From: Candidatus Eiseniibacteriota bacterium
GTDB taxonomy: Bacteria > Eisenbacteria > RBG-16-71-46 > CAVPCR01
Reading direction: 5' to 3'
DNA length: 64,000 bases
Assembly (NCBI GenBank): GCA_963823555.1
Contig: CAWGMA010000003.1
Coordinates: 788,214-852,213, forward strand
Shown here one piece after another: positions 9,190 through 19,045 of the stretch. Made by a program: the position numbers and the translations under genes. Within the stretch, counting starts at the first letter, position 1; the number at the start of each line of letters is the position of its first letter. The notes under the pieces were generated by a model. It made no database searches and was not told the DNA's origin. It worked only from the letters and a program-made list of their open reading frames with translations.

Positions 9190-11976
9190 ATGGACGTCCG
9201 CACCCCGCGCCGCCTGCCGCCTCTCCCGCTCGTGACCACCGCCTTCCTGGTCCTCCTCTTCCTCGCTCCCGTTCTCGCGGCCGCCGCCGGCGCGGATGTC
9301 GCCGATCCGTACCGCGAGCTGCGCGTGGAGTGGGCTGATATGGAGGCCCATCGCGCCTCCCCGGCGCTCGCCGGCATCGAGGTCATGCATGTCGAGAAGG
9401 GTGAGTTCGTGAACCTCTTGGCCCGCGCGGCCGAGATCGACCAGCTCCAGTCCGCCGGCATCCCGTTCACCGTCGTGATCGAGGATCTCGAGGCTCACTA
9501 CGTCGCCATGATGAACGACTGGGCAGCCAAGAGCGGCGAGGTCGAGAACTTCGGACCCTTCCATACCTACTCGGAGACCGTGATCGCGCTCGATGATCTG
9601 CACATGATGTATCCGGCGATCACGACCCAGAAGATCTCGCTCGGCACGACCTGGCAGGGGAACACCATCTGGGCGATGAAGATCTCCGACAACCCGACGA
9701 TCGAGGAGCCGGGTGAGCCCGAAGTGCTGTTCGATGGCATGCATCATGCGCGCGAGGTGATGACCGTCGAGATGCTGCTCTCGTTCATGGAACACCTCTG
9801 CGCCAACTACGGGACCGATCCCGAGGTCACCTTTCTCGTCGACAACCGCCAGGTCTGGTTCGTGCCGATCGTGAATCCCGACGGCTATCTCTACAACGAG
9901 CAGACCAACCCCAACGGTGGCGGCATGTGGAGGAAGAACCGCCGCAACGATCTGGGCAGTTGCATCGGGGTCGATCTCAATCGCAACTACGATTACGAGT
10001 GGGTGGGACCCGGATCGAGCACCGATCCTTGCAGCGACACCTATCGCGGACCGGCTCCGGCTTCCGAGTTCGAGATCCAGGCACTCACCACCTTCATGAG
10101 CGATCATGAGTTCGTCACCCACAACTCTTACCACTCGGTCGCCGGTCTCATCCTCTTCCCCTGGGCGTATACCCTGGCGCACACGCCTGATGACGCTCTC
10201 TTCCGCCAGATGGCGAACGAGATGGCGCGGGACTCGAACTACCAGCCCGGGCAGCCGCCCGAGGTGCTCTACTCGGTCAACGGCGGGTCCATGGACTGGG
10301 CCTATGGCGAGCAGACCACCAAGCCCAAGATCTTCTCGTTCACGACGGAGATCAGCGGATCGGGCTTCTGGCCGGATCCGAGCGAGGCCCCGGGGCTCAT
10401 CGCCGAGAACCTGTACTCGAACCTCTATCTGGTGCGCGCGGCCGGCGCCTTCCCCGACCTGGCGGGTTTCTCGGTGACAGGGGGCAACGGCAACGGCCGG
10501 CTCGAGCCGGGCGAGACCGTGAACCTCGTCGTCACGATCAGGAACCAGGGGGTGATCGCCGCCGCCGAGGACGTGGTCGTGCGCTTGCGCTCGCATGACG
10601 CTTACGTCGCCCTGGGCTCCGCGACGAGCGCGCTGGGAACCATCGCTCCCGCGGGAAGCGCTACCAACGCCGGCAATCCGTTCATCGTGAGTGCCGATCC
10701 GTCGACGCCGGCCGGGCACATCGCCGAGTTCACCGTCGAGATCGAGAGCGCCGGGGGAATCGCGCTCGGACGCGACCTCGCGCTCATGATCGGGCAGCCC
10801 GACTACTACTACTTCACCGATTTCGAGCCGGGAGACGGGGGCTGGACCCAGGATCCAGCGCACACGGCGACGACCGGCGCCTTCGTGCGCATCGATCCCA
10901 ACCCCACCACCTTCCAGCCGGGTGACGACACGACACCCGATCCCGGCATCTACGCCTGGATCACGGGGCAGAACACCGATGTCGGCACCGACGACGTGGA
11001 TGGCGGGGTGAGCGCCACGCGCTCGCCGGTCATCGATCTCTCGGCCTATTCGACAGCTCGCCTGGTGCTCAACTACTTCCATGGCCAGCGCGACCAGGGC
11101 GACGACCCCACCGGGGACTACTTCCGCATCCAGCTCTCGAACGACGGTGGTGCAACCTACCCGGTGAATCTCGTCGAGATCGGTGACGTGACGACGACTC
11201 CCCAATGGCGCGAGCTCAGCGTGGACCTGGAAAGCGTGCTGCCGCTCACCGCGATGATGCGCCTACGGGTCCTGGCCGCCGACGGCGCGGTCACGGGTGA
11301 CATCATCGAGGGCGGCATCGACGATGTCGCGATCCTGAGTCCGGGAAGCGGCAACCGGCCGCCCGGCGCGCCCACGCTGGTCTCGCCGCCGAACGGCGCC
11401 GGCGGTCTCCCGGAATCTCCGTTGCTCGTCGTCGCCAACGCGATCGATCCCGAGGGCGACCCGCTCACCTATGGGTTCCGCGTCTATTCGGATCCTCTTC
11501 TCACCGATCTCGTGCGGAGCGTGGACGGCGTGGCAGCGGGCGCGAGCCAGACCTCCTGGTCGGTGTCTCCGCCGCTCCTCGCCGGCACGTACTACTGGCG
11601 GGCCTACGCCGCCGATTCCGAGCTGCGCGGCATGTTCATGCCGGCGGCGAGCTTCATGGTGGGGGCGGTGACAGCGACCGGCGAGGCCGGAGCTCCGTCG
11701 CGTCCCATGCTCTCCGCGCCGGCACCCAACCCGTTCGCTGCGGGGACCGTCGTCACGTACCAGCTCGCACACCCCTCCCGGGTTCGACTCGACCTGTTCG
11801 ATGCCGCTGGACGGCATGTGCGGCGGCTGGTGGACGGGGGCGGTGCTGAGGGGCTCTATCAGGTCTCCTGGGATGGCCGTGACACGCGCGGCAATGCCGT
11901 GGCTCCGGGGATCTACCTCGCCCAGCTCTGGGTGGACGGAGCCGTGGAGACGCAAAAGCTGGTGCGGCTCAAGTAG
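9190..11976 (+). CDS. Secreted M14 zinc carboxypeptidase with accessory domains and C-terminal FlgD-Ig domain
   Basis: HHARE, NPDG, WRKNRR, DLNRNY, YHS and catalytic E in FTTEISG; C-terminal APNPF...WDGRD...GIY. Confidence 0.92.
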   Translation: MDVRTPRRLPPLPLVTTAFLVLLFLAPVLAAAAGADVADPYRELRVEWADMEAHRASPALAGIEVMHVEKGEFVNLLARAAEIDQLQSAGIPFTVVIEDLEAHYVAMMNDWAAKSGEVENFGPFHTYSETVIALDDLHMMYPAITTQKISLGTTWQGNTIWAMKISDNPTIEEPGEPEVLFDGMHHAREVMTVEMLLSFMEHLCANYGTDPEVTFLVDNRQVWFVPIVNPDGYLYNEQTNPNGGGMWRKNRRNDLGSCIGVDLNRNYDYEWVGPGSSTDPCSDTYRGPAPASEFEIQALTTFMSDHEFVTHNSYHSVAGLILFPWAYTLAHTPDDALFRQMANEMARDSNYQPGQPPEVLYSVNGGSMDWAYGEQTTKPKIFSFTTEISGSGFWPDPSEAPGLIAENLYSNLYLVRAAGAFPDLAGFSVTGGNGNGRLEPGETVNLVVTIRNQGVIAAAEDVVVRLRSHDAYVALGSATSALGTIAPAGSATNAGNPFIVSADPSTPAGHIAEFTVEIESAGGIALGRDLALMIGQPDYYYFTDFEPGDGGWTQDPAHTATTGAFVRIDPNPTTFQPGDDTTPDPGIYAWITGQNTDVGTDDVDGGVSATRSPVIDLSAYSTARLVLNYFHGQRDQGDDPTGDYFRIQLSNDGGATYPVNLVEIGDVTTTPQWRELSVDLESVLPLTAMMRLRVLAADGAVTGDIIEGGIDDVAILSPGSGNRPPGAPTLVSPPNGAGGLPESPLLVVANAIDPEGDPLTYGFRVYSDPLLTDLVRSVDGVAAGASQTSWSVSPPLLAGTYYWRAYAADSELRGMFMPAASFMVGAVTATGEAGAPSRPMLSAPAPNPFAAGTVVTYQLAHPSRVRLDLFDAAGRHVRRLVDGGGAEGLYQVSWDGRDTRGNAVAPGIYLAQLWVDGAVETQKLVRLK

Positions 11977-12003
11977 CAGCTGGCGAAAGACGGGAAAAGG
12001 GAC

Positions 12004-12035
12004 GGGGCGCGGGCTTCAAGCCCGCGCCCCTCTTT
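12004..12035. terminator. Intrinsic terminator hairpin, possibly bidirectional
   Basis: GGGGCGCGGGCTT-C-AAGCCCGCGCCCC perfect inverted repeat followed by TCTTT, between convergent genes. Confidence 0.7.
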
Positions 12036-12134
12036 CGTCCGCCTGGCGGAGGTTCGCAACGATCGGCGATGGGGTCGGATGGCGCAGCCGATCGGGGTGT
12101 TTCACCCGGCAGAGCGCCAGGAACGTGCCGGCGT

Positions 12135-12359
12135 CTAGCGCGGAGGAGAGGAGTCGCTCGTCTGCTCCCACCCCAGGCTGTCCTCGAACTCCTGCAACGA
12201 GAACCGGCCGTCGCTGCTCTCGAGGGCCACGCCCGCCAGGTGCAGCGATGCCGCGTTGTTGAGGCTCGGTTCGCGCAGATAGAGCGAGTACGCGTCGAGG
12301 AACGCATCCCACCTCTGCTTGCGCTCGGTGTCGCCGTTCTTGACGGGGGTCTCTAGCAT
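12135..12359 (-). CDS. Small hypothetical protein (74 aa)
   Basis: Strong GAGGAGGT RBS before ATG 12359; composition is protein-like rather than R/P/G-rich shadow ORF. Confidence 0.6.
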   Translation of the reverse strand: MLETPVKNGDTERKQRWDAFLDAYSLYLREPSLNNAASLHLAGVALESSDGRFSLQEFEDSLGWEQTSDSSPPR

Positions 12360-12836
12360 GGAGAACACCTCCTCTCGCCCGCGCACCGGTCGCGACGCGA
12401 CTCGTCGCGGTCCACGCTCAGCTCAGTGCCGATCATCTGGAGCTCGCTCCGGATGCTCTGGCCATGGCCTCTGCGTTCCCCGGAGGGCACTTGCGGCTCT
12501 CTTAATCTGACGCCTCGTTCACCCTTATTTTGCATTCTTCGTACCAATCGGCACGAAATGCGTGATCGAGGGCGCCCAGGACATCTCAAGTCCTTGTCAA
12601 GACAGTCGTTGGCTCATTTCCGGGGGGCGTATCGGAGGTGACGACTCGGATGGAGTCACGATTTTGAAACACTCTTCGGCTGCCGTTTGTTCCACATCGG
12701 TGCGGCGTGGCGGAAGCATCCATCGATCTGCACGCACGCACCGTCGTTGAAGCTTAGCAAGGAGCCCCGGCTCGCGCCAGAGCGTGGCGGCCCGTTCTGA
12801 AGTGGCCGCAAACTCGCTCGCTCGCCCGCTCGGCGA

Positions 12837-13427
12837 TCAATGCTCGTAGCTTCGGGTCAGCGGCTTCGAATCGAGATAGTTGAAGAGGAGGAGGATGACA
12901 CCCAGGCCGCCGAGGATGAGGAGGACGCGACGTGTCAAGCTCCCGGTCTCCAGCACCTCGACCGTGGCGTTCGCCGCGGCGAGAATCTCCCCTCCCTGGC
13001 CCAGGAGCCGAACGACATAGGCGTGGTGGCCGAGCTCCATCGGCTCCTTGAGCGGACCGAGGGAGATCGAACCTTCGGCCGCCGTCTCGCCCTGGGTGAC
13101 GGCGAACGGACCGCCGTGGTCGGCGGCCTCGAAGCTCACCGTGAACTTGTGGGCGACGCTGCGCGCCCGGGCGTCGAGTTGCCACGTGGGTGGCTCGGGG
13201 TGCGCGCGCCCGATGATGACCGGATCCGGTGCCACCGTGAGCTCGACCGGCCCGGGCGTTCCCATCCTCCCCGCGAGACCGATCGTCACCCGGTCCCCGC
13301 TCTGTGCGCGGGCCATGCCGGCCGGCGCCATGGTCACGCCCAGAACCGTCATGAACAAGGCGAGCAGGAGCGATTCGCAAGAGGAATTCCGCGCAGCGCT
13401 TGAACCACGAAGGATGCGAGCGATCAT
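12837..13427 (-). CDS. Hypothetical exported protein with C-terminal membrane anchor
   Basis: Signal-like N-terminal segment (...AGMARAQ), beta-rich middle, C-terminal TM VLLILGGLGVILLLF; start uncertain. Confidence 0.6.
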   Translation of the reverse strand: MIARILRGSSAARNSSCESLLLALFMTVLGVTMAPAGMARAQSGDRVTIGLAGRMGTPGPVELTVAPDPVIIGRAHPEPPTWQLDARARSVAHKFTVSFEAADHGGPFAVTQGETAAEGSISLGPLKEPMELGHHAYVVRLLGQGGEILAAANATVEVLETGSLTRRVLLILGGLGVILLLFNYLDSKPLTRSYEH

Positions 13428-13539
13428 CTTGGCCTCACCGCTTTGGGTCCACTGATTCGCCAGCCGCTCGGGATGGCGATCCGGCCGGTGGATGATAACG
13501 CAAAGCCGACCGCAATCGGAACCGGGGTGCCCGGTCCTC

Positions 13540-14034
13540 TCACTCGCTGAGGACGCGCCTGCCGCCGAGGAAGCGCTCGCGAAAGTAGCCTTCATCGAGT
13601 GCGCTCACCCGGACCTCGTCCCCGCTGCCTGGCGCATGCACGAACTTCCCATCTCCGACATAGACGCCGACATGGGTTGGTTTCTGGCCCCTGGTGCGGA
13701 AGACGAGGATGTCCCCTGGCGCGAGCGCGTCGCGTGTAACCGGGGCTCCCGTGCGTGAGAGATCCTCCGCCGTTCGCGGCAGCGGGTAGCCGCGGTCGAG
13801 GTATACGCGCTGGACGAGCCCCGAGCAATCGATGCCGCGGCGGTCGGTTCCCCCCCGCCGGTAGGGGGTGCCGACATAGCCGAGGGCGTCCTCCGCCACG
13901 CGGGCCGCGGTCCCCGGCGCGGCGATCCACATCTCCGCCGGGGTCGTCGGAACGCCAGGTGGTGGCGGACCTCCGCAGCCGGCGAGCGCGAGCAGGACGG
14001 CGATCGTCGCAGCCAGGCGGAATCGTGCGCGCAT
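13540..14034 (-). CDS. NlpC/P60 (C40) family lipoprotein peptidase
   Basis: Lipobox LAGC; GTPY, DCSG, HVGVY and FVHA catalytic motifs. Confidence 0.92.
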   Translation of the reverse strand: MRARFRLAATIAVLLALAGCGGPPPPGVPTTPAEMWIAAPGTAARVAEDALGYVGTPYRRGGTDRRGIDCSGLVQRVYLDRGYPLPRTAEDLSRTGAPVTRDALAPGDILVFRTRGQKPTHVGVYVGDGKFVHAPGSGDEVRVSALDEGYFRERFLGGRRVLSE

Positions 14035-14083
14035 GCCGGTTCCCGCCAATCGCCCCCGGGCATCCACCGCACCCCCCGGGGGG

Positions 14084-14788
14084 CTATTTCCTGAGCGCCC
14101 GAACCTCATCTCGAAGATCGATGTAGGGTGTCTGGCAGGGGAGCCCTTCCGCGTACGCCACGTGATCGGGATGCGAGGAATCCGCTCCCAGGGCGATCAG
14201 CATCGAGGACACGGTGCCGTAGTGCTCCCCGTGCTTGCAGACGGCATAGCCGTGCGAGCCGTGATCCCGGCAAGTCGTCGCCAGCATCTCGAGCACCTTG
14301 GGCAGCTCGGTGGGCGGCGCGAGATCACCGAGGTCGAGCTCGCCGAGCTCGTGCTCGTTGGTGAGAACATGGGTTCCCGGGCTCAGCGCTCGGGTGGCGA
14401 CCCCATCACCGCCACACAAGATGAACGCATCGCGCTCGTCGGCGATGAGCATATTGAATGGGTTCTGCGGCGCGGAGAAGCCGGTGCGTTCGACACGGGA
14501 TACCGCCGCCCGGGCACTGGGGGCAGCCAGCGCTCCCGTCACCAGGAGCCCGCGCGAGGGTCGCTCCGGGTCCCGGTCCTCTGCCGAGCGATTGGTGATG
14601 CCGGCGAAGATGCCCTTGCGGTTGATCCCGATCCAGGTGCCGCCGGCCCTGCGATCCCGCGGCGCCAGGAAACCCTCGGGCCAGAGCGCCGGGGGATCGC
14701 TCAGCCTCTGTCGAGCCTCATCGCGATTGGCGGCGACGACGATCGGATATCCCGGGATCACCCGGTGATGCAGGATGAGCAGGCACAT
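14084..14788 (-). CDS. NRDE/TANGO2 family protein
   Basis: N-terminal MC, ANRDE, GGTWIG, SRG, YGTVSS. Confidence 0.9.
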   Translation of the reverse strand: MCLLILHHRVIPGYPIVVAANRDEARQRLSDPPALWPEGFLAPRDRRAGGTWIGINRKGIFAGITNRSAEDRDPERPSRGLLVTGALAAPSARAAVSRVERTGFSAPQNPFNMLIADERDAFILCGGDGVATRALSPGTHVLTNEHELGELDLGDLAPPTELPKVLEMLATTCRDHGSHGYAVCKHGEHYGTVSSMLIALGADSSHPDHVAYAEGLPCQTPYIDLRDEVRALRK

Positions 14789-14799
14789 GAACGGTGGCG

Positions 14800-15354
14800 T
14801 CAGAGTTCACATCGTGAATCGAGCCGGCGCTTGCAGGTGAAGGTGACAAGACCGGAGCATCCCCCGTATCCAGTGCACTCGCTGTCGCCCGCGAACTGGA
14901 TATTGACGATGTAATTCACGAAGAAAGCCGTGTCCCCGGATGCCGAGATATCGCCCTCGAAGCGCGTGATGAGCGAGCAGGCTCCGGCATCGTGGCGGTA
15001 TTGCGCCATCACCGTTCCGGACCGGCCGGAGATGCTGGTCCCCGAGAAATCGCCCTCTCCATAGTAGGGTTCGACGAGCGTGAGATGGGTCACCGTGTCG
15101 ACGACGGCGAACAGGCTCTCACCCCCGGCCACGGTGAGAATGTTCATGACGCTGTCGAGCGCCGTGCGGCAAGGGCCGGGGTTCCCGAAGACCTGCGATC
15201 CACTACGGATGTGCCAGCAGCCGGTGAAGGCATCGATGTTGACGGAGTCACCGTCGACCGGGGGGCCGATGGGGTTGCCACCGTCATCGTCATCGCCGCA
15301 GGCGATCCAGATGAGCCCCAGGGCCAGGAGGAAGATGGCGAGCAGTCGTTTCAT
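14800..15354 (-). CDS. Hypothetical lipoprotein
   Basis: MKRLLAIFLLALGLIWIAC-GDDDD lipoprotein signal; beta-rich with paired Cys; the true gene is the 3' part of the 1127-aa track ORF. Confidence 0.7.
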   Translation of the reverse strand: MKRLLAIFLLALGLIWIACGDDDDGGNPIGPPVDGDSVNIDAFTGCWHIRSGSQVFGNPGPCRTALDSVMNILTVAGGESLFAVVDTVTHLTLVEPYYGEGDFSGTSISGRSGTVMAQYRHDAGACSLITRFEGDISASGDTAFFVNYIVNIQFAGDSECTGYGGCSGLVTFTCKRRLDSRCEL

Positions 15355-15651
15355 TGAAATCGTCCGCGGGGGATGGCCAGGAACGACGGGGGTGACGCCG
15401 GCATCATAGCACGGCGGCCGCGGCGAGCGTGTCCGGGCCCTCGCCGCCGGCCATGGCCGCCGGCCCATCGCCGGTTCGCGGGCCAGTTCCCACGCTCTCC
15501 CCCTGCCGCATTCTGCCTGGGCGATGTGTCCCCGGCGGTGGACCGAGGGTTCGGCTGCCGCTATCATGGAGCACCTCGAGAAGCGAGATCGCGGTAGTTC
15601 CCCCGCCCGCGTCTGATTCCACCATTTCTCCAGAGAGGTTCTTCCCCGCCC

Positions 15652-18330
15652 ATGTCCCCAACCATGGAGTGGACCGGCACTCTCGATCGGCTGGTCAAGG
15701 AACCGGCGCTCGATCGGCATCTCCTGGATGCGCTCGATGAGCTGGTCGAGCAGGTGCCCCATGACGAGCTCGATCGGGTCGCGAACGCGGTCGAGGCGCG
15801 TCTTCCCGAACGCGGCATCCATCCCAGCCTGCACTACCTGCTGGCCCGGCTCACGGCGCGGCGCGGCGAACGGGAGGAGACGGCCGCCGGGCTGGAGCGG
15901 CTCCTCGAGCGCATGAATCAGGACGGCGACTTTCCATTGCTGGTCGAGGTCGGCCTCCGTAACGCCGACTGGCTTCCCGGCGACCGCTGGGTTCCGCTCC
16001 TGGTGCGAGCGGCCCGCATCGAGCCGGCGGCTGTCGACGATGGCGTGCTCGATGAGATGGTGGCCCGGTACCCGGAGGATCCGCGGCTGCACTGGATCAT
16101 CGGGTTGCGCGCTCTCGCCGCCCGACCCGGAGATCGCTCCGCCCTCGCCCATCTCGGCCGCGCCCTCACTCATCTCGCTCGTGAAGGCGATCCGGAGGAT
16201 CTCGAGGAAGCGGCGATCCCGATCGTCGACGCGCTCGATGGGGAGCTGGTCGACGATTTCATGCTCATGATCGCCGCGCTCATCGAACGTCATCGCTACG
16301 CCGACGCCCGCACCTACCTCGAGCTGGCACTCGACGCGCTCCTCGAGTCCGGGCAAGCGCAGGCGATCTGGGATCTCTTGAAACCGGCTCTCCTGCGCGG
16401 CGAAGAAAGCGCTGCATTGCGACCCGCTGCGCTCGCCGCCCTCGGTCACCTGCGCCCGGACATCCCGCGCCACGAGAAGGTCATCGCCGTTTCCGGGCTC
16501 GCCGATCGCGATGTATCGTTCGACAAGGCATTCACCCGCTACGCGCTGCTCATGGAGTTCCCACCCGGGGGCTATATCGAGCATGCCAGCTGGGGTGTGG
16601 GCGAGATCCTGGACCACGACGGCGAGAACGTGACCGTGCGTTTCGCGGGGAAGCCGGAGCATGTCTTCAAGCGGACGCTGGCCGAGCGCGCCCTGGAGCG
16701 GCGCGATCGAGACGACCTGCGAGTTCTTCTCGTCTTTGCCTCGGATCGCCTGGCCGCGATGCGCGAGCAGGATCCCGCCGGACTCGTGGCGGCCGCCTTG
16801 CGCTCGACCGGAGGCGAGGCCAAGCCACGCGACGTGAAGCGCCTGCTCTCGCCGGCGGTGATTCCGGCCGAGGGCTGGAGCGAGTGGTGGAAGAAGGCCA
16901 GGAAGATCCTGGAAGACGATGAGCGCATCGATCTCACGCAGAGCTTCCGGGATCTGATCCGGCTCGCCGACCAGCCGGGAGCGGAGAGTGGCGAGGTGCC
17001 GCTCCCCAACCTCGAGGATCGGGGCGATGTGGCGCGCCAGCTCAAGCTGCTCCGCCGTTTTCTCACGCAGCACCCCGACGCCACGGTGCGGGCCGGACGC
17101 GCCCACTCGCGCCGGCTCGAGCGCTGGCTCGAAACGCGCAAGCTCGCCGCCGAGGAGCGCATCCTGATCCTCATGCTCCTGGCTGAATGGGATCGGGAAG
17201 CGGAGGCCCGCCTGCGCGATGGGATCGCCGCGGCGGCGCGCTCGGGCTTCTCTCTTGCCGAGTTTCCCGAGACCAGCGATCAGCAGCGCATGCTCACCCT
17301 CGGTCTCTCCGCCAAGGACTGGCCGGCGGTGGCCATGGCGGCCCTCGACTCGAAGCAGCCCGCGATCCGCGACCGTGCGATCGCTGTGATCGAGGAGCGG
17401 CTGGGTCCGGATGCGGAAGCGCTCTATCGGAGCGTGCTCGAGGCGAGTCCGGCGCGCGGCGATGCCGTCGTGGAGGTGGTGCGCCGCGCCCTCGAGGAGG
17501 AGACCGCCGCCCTCAAGGCGATCCCGGCAGTGAATCTCTTCGTGGCGGCGCTGCGACTGCTCTCGGATCCGGAGCGCGAGACGCTGCGCAAGCAGGCCCA
17601 GGTGTTCCTCGATGGGGAGGGTCCGCTCTTCGCCCGCCTGTCCTCCGAACCGGCGGACAGCCCGGCTGCCGAGCAGGTGGAGCTGTCGCTTCTCAACTTC
17701 CGTGCTTCGGATCAGTACCTGTTCCCGATCCTCGCCTCGCTCGAGCAGATCTGGGGGCCATCGGTGATCGAGGTCATCCATCGCCGGCGCGAGCGCGAGA
17801 GCAAGAAGATCGCGGCCCGCATGGATGACGAGATCGGCGAGCTGCCGGTCGGTCTCATGACTCGAGCGAGCTTCGATGCCCTGCGGACCGAGATGGAGCG
17901 TGTGGACCTCGAGCTGCGCACAACGATCCCGCGGGCGATCCAGAAGGCGCGAGAACTCGGCGACCTGCGCGAGAACGGCGAATACGAATCGGCCAAGCTC
18001 AAGCAGCGGCAGGCCAGCGAGCGGCTCGCCCTCCTGATGCGGCAGATGGCCGACGCCCAGGTGATCGAGGATCTCCCGATCGACGACTCGCGCGTGGTGG
18101 CGGGGACCGAGGTCACGCTCGAGCCGGTGGACGGCGGGCCGAGCCTTTGCTACTGGGTGCTCGGCGATGGGGATTCTCGCCACGGATCGAACGTCATCTC
18201 CTACCGCGCCGATCTGGGACGCGCCCTCTGGCGCCGGCGTCCGGGCGATGAAGTCGATCTGCCGCTTCCCGCTGGGCTCCGGCGGGTCCGTATCGGCAAT
18301 GTGGTCAAACGCTTACCAGCGGCCGGCTGA
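15652..18330 (+). CDS. Large GreA/GreB family transcription elongation factor with ~730-aa N-terminal extension
   Basis: C-terminal ARELGDLRENGEYESAK and ISY...LGRAL...GDEV are GreA signatures; internal HASWGVGEI...VTVRF Tudor-like segment. Confidence 0.85.
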   Translation: MSPTMEWTGTLDRLVKEPALDRHLLDALDELVEQVPHDELDRVANAVEARLPERGIHPSLHYLLARLTARRGEREETAAGLERLLERMNQDGDFPLLVEVGLRNADWLPGDRWVPLLVRAARIEPAAVDDGVLDEMVARYPEDPRLHWIIGLRALAARPGDRSALAHLGRALTHLAREGDPEDLEEAAIPIVDALDGELVDDFMLMIAALIERHRYADARTYLELALDALLESGQAQAIWDLLKPALLRGEESAALRPAALAALGHLRPDIPRHEKVIAVSGLADRDVSFDKAFTRYALLMEFPPGGYIEHASWGVGEILDHDGENVTVRFAGKPEHVFKRTLAERALERRDRDDLRVLLVFASDRLAAMREQDPAGLVAAALRSTGGEAKPRDVKRLLSPAVIPAEGWSEWWKKARKILEDDERIDLTQSFRDLIRLADQPGAESGEVPLPNLEDRGDVARQLKLLRRFLTQHPDATVRAGRAHSRRLERWLETRKLAAEERILILMLLAEWDREAEARLRDGIAAAARSGFSLAEFPETSDQQRMLTLGLSAKDWPAVAMAALDSKQPAIRDRAIAVIEERLGPDAEALYRSVLEASPARGDAVVEVVRRALEEETAALKAIPAVNLFVAALRLLSDPERETLRKQAQVFLDGEGPLFARLSSEPADSPAAEQVELSLLNFRASDQYLFPILASLEQIWGPSVIEVIHRRRERESKKIAARMDDEIGELPVGLMTRASFDALRTEMERVDLELRTTIPRAIQKARELGDLRENGEYESAKLKQRQASERLALLMRQMADAQVIEDLPIDDSRVVAGTEVTLEPVDGGPSLCYWVLGDGDSRHGSNVISYRADLGRALWRRRPGDEVDLPLPAGLRRVRIGNVVKRLPAAG

Positions 18331-18354
18331 CGGCGGAAGGGATGGGTTTTGAGG

Positions 18355-18383
18355 TCGACAGTGGATAACTGATATGCTATCTT
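18355..18383 (+). promoter_or_regulatory. Putative sigma70 promoter TCGACA-N17-TATCTT with extended TG
   Basis: AT-rich patch, 17-nt spacer, TGn directly before the -10. Confidence 0.55.
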
Positions 18384-18454
18384 ATGTTTAGCATTTGGAG
18401 CCCGGCTGTTGCGATCCGCGCCGGCATCTTTGAACCACCAACAGGAGGCGTGCG

Positions 18455-19018
18455 ATGAGGCCGTCCCGGTCCGTAGCATGCGTTTTCATCCTCCTCGCTG
18501 CGCTCGTTCTGACGTTGCCTGTCCATGCCCAGCAGGTCTGCGACGGGGTCGGAGCGACGTGTAACCTCGAGGATCTCGGACAGGGGCAGTACCGGTTCAC
18601 GTTTGTCGTGACCAACGACAGTCCCCAGGGAAACGCCATCTTCAAATGGAACGTGGGTCCGCCCCACATTGCAGCCGAATGGGTGACGGTCTCGTTCAAT
18701 CTGCCAGCCGGTTGGACGGGCAACCATCCCGACCATCATCTGGACTTCCAGACCGGTAACGGCAACGGCACGCCGACGCGCATCTTCAGCCCGGGTGCTG
18801 TTGGCTGTGGAGGCGCCGGGACCCTCACCTTCGAGTGGACCTTCGAGAACGTGGGCGGCCCGATTCCGGACTGCGCCGACTTCGATGATCTGAGCTACAC
18901 GTTCCACATCCAGCCGCTCTCGTCGTGCAACAACGTCGGTATCACCTTCGTCTGCCCGGGGCTGCTCCCCGTCGAGCAGGCGACCTGGGGCTCGATCAAG
19001 AGCGTGTACCGGAACTAG
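18455..19018 (+). CDS. Secreted Cys-containing protein with C-terminal PVEQATWGSIKSVYR tail
   Basis: AGGAGG RBS, signal peptide ending VHA, C-terminal TWGxxKxxY motif. Confidence 0.8.
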   Translation: MRPSRSVACVFILLAALVLTLPVHAQQVCDGVGATCNLEDLGQGQYRFTFVVTNDSPQGNAIFKWNVGPPHIAAEWVTVSFNLPAGWTGNHPDHHLDFQTGNGNGTPTRIFSPGAVGCGGAGTLTFEWTFENVGGPIPDCADFDDLSYTFHIQPLSSCNNVGITFVCPGLLPVEQATWGSIKSVYRN

Positions 19019-19045
19019 CGGTTGCGGTCTATCGGCCGCGGTCGT

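Noticed and set aside
14800..18183. 1127-aa minus-strand ORF
   Set aside because: Antisense shadow of the GreA gene; only the last 184 codons (lipoprotein) look real
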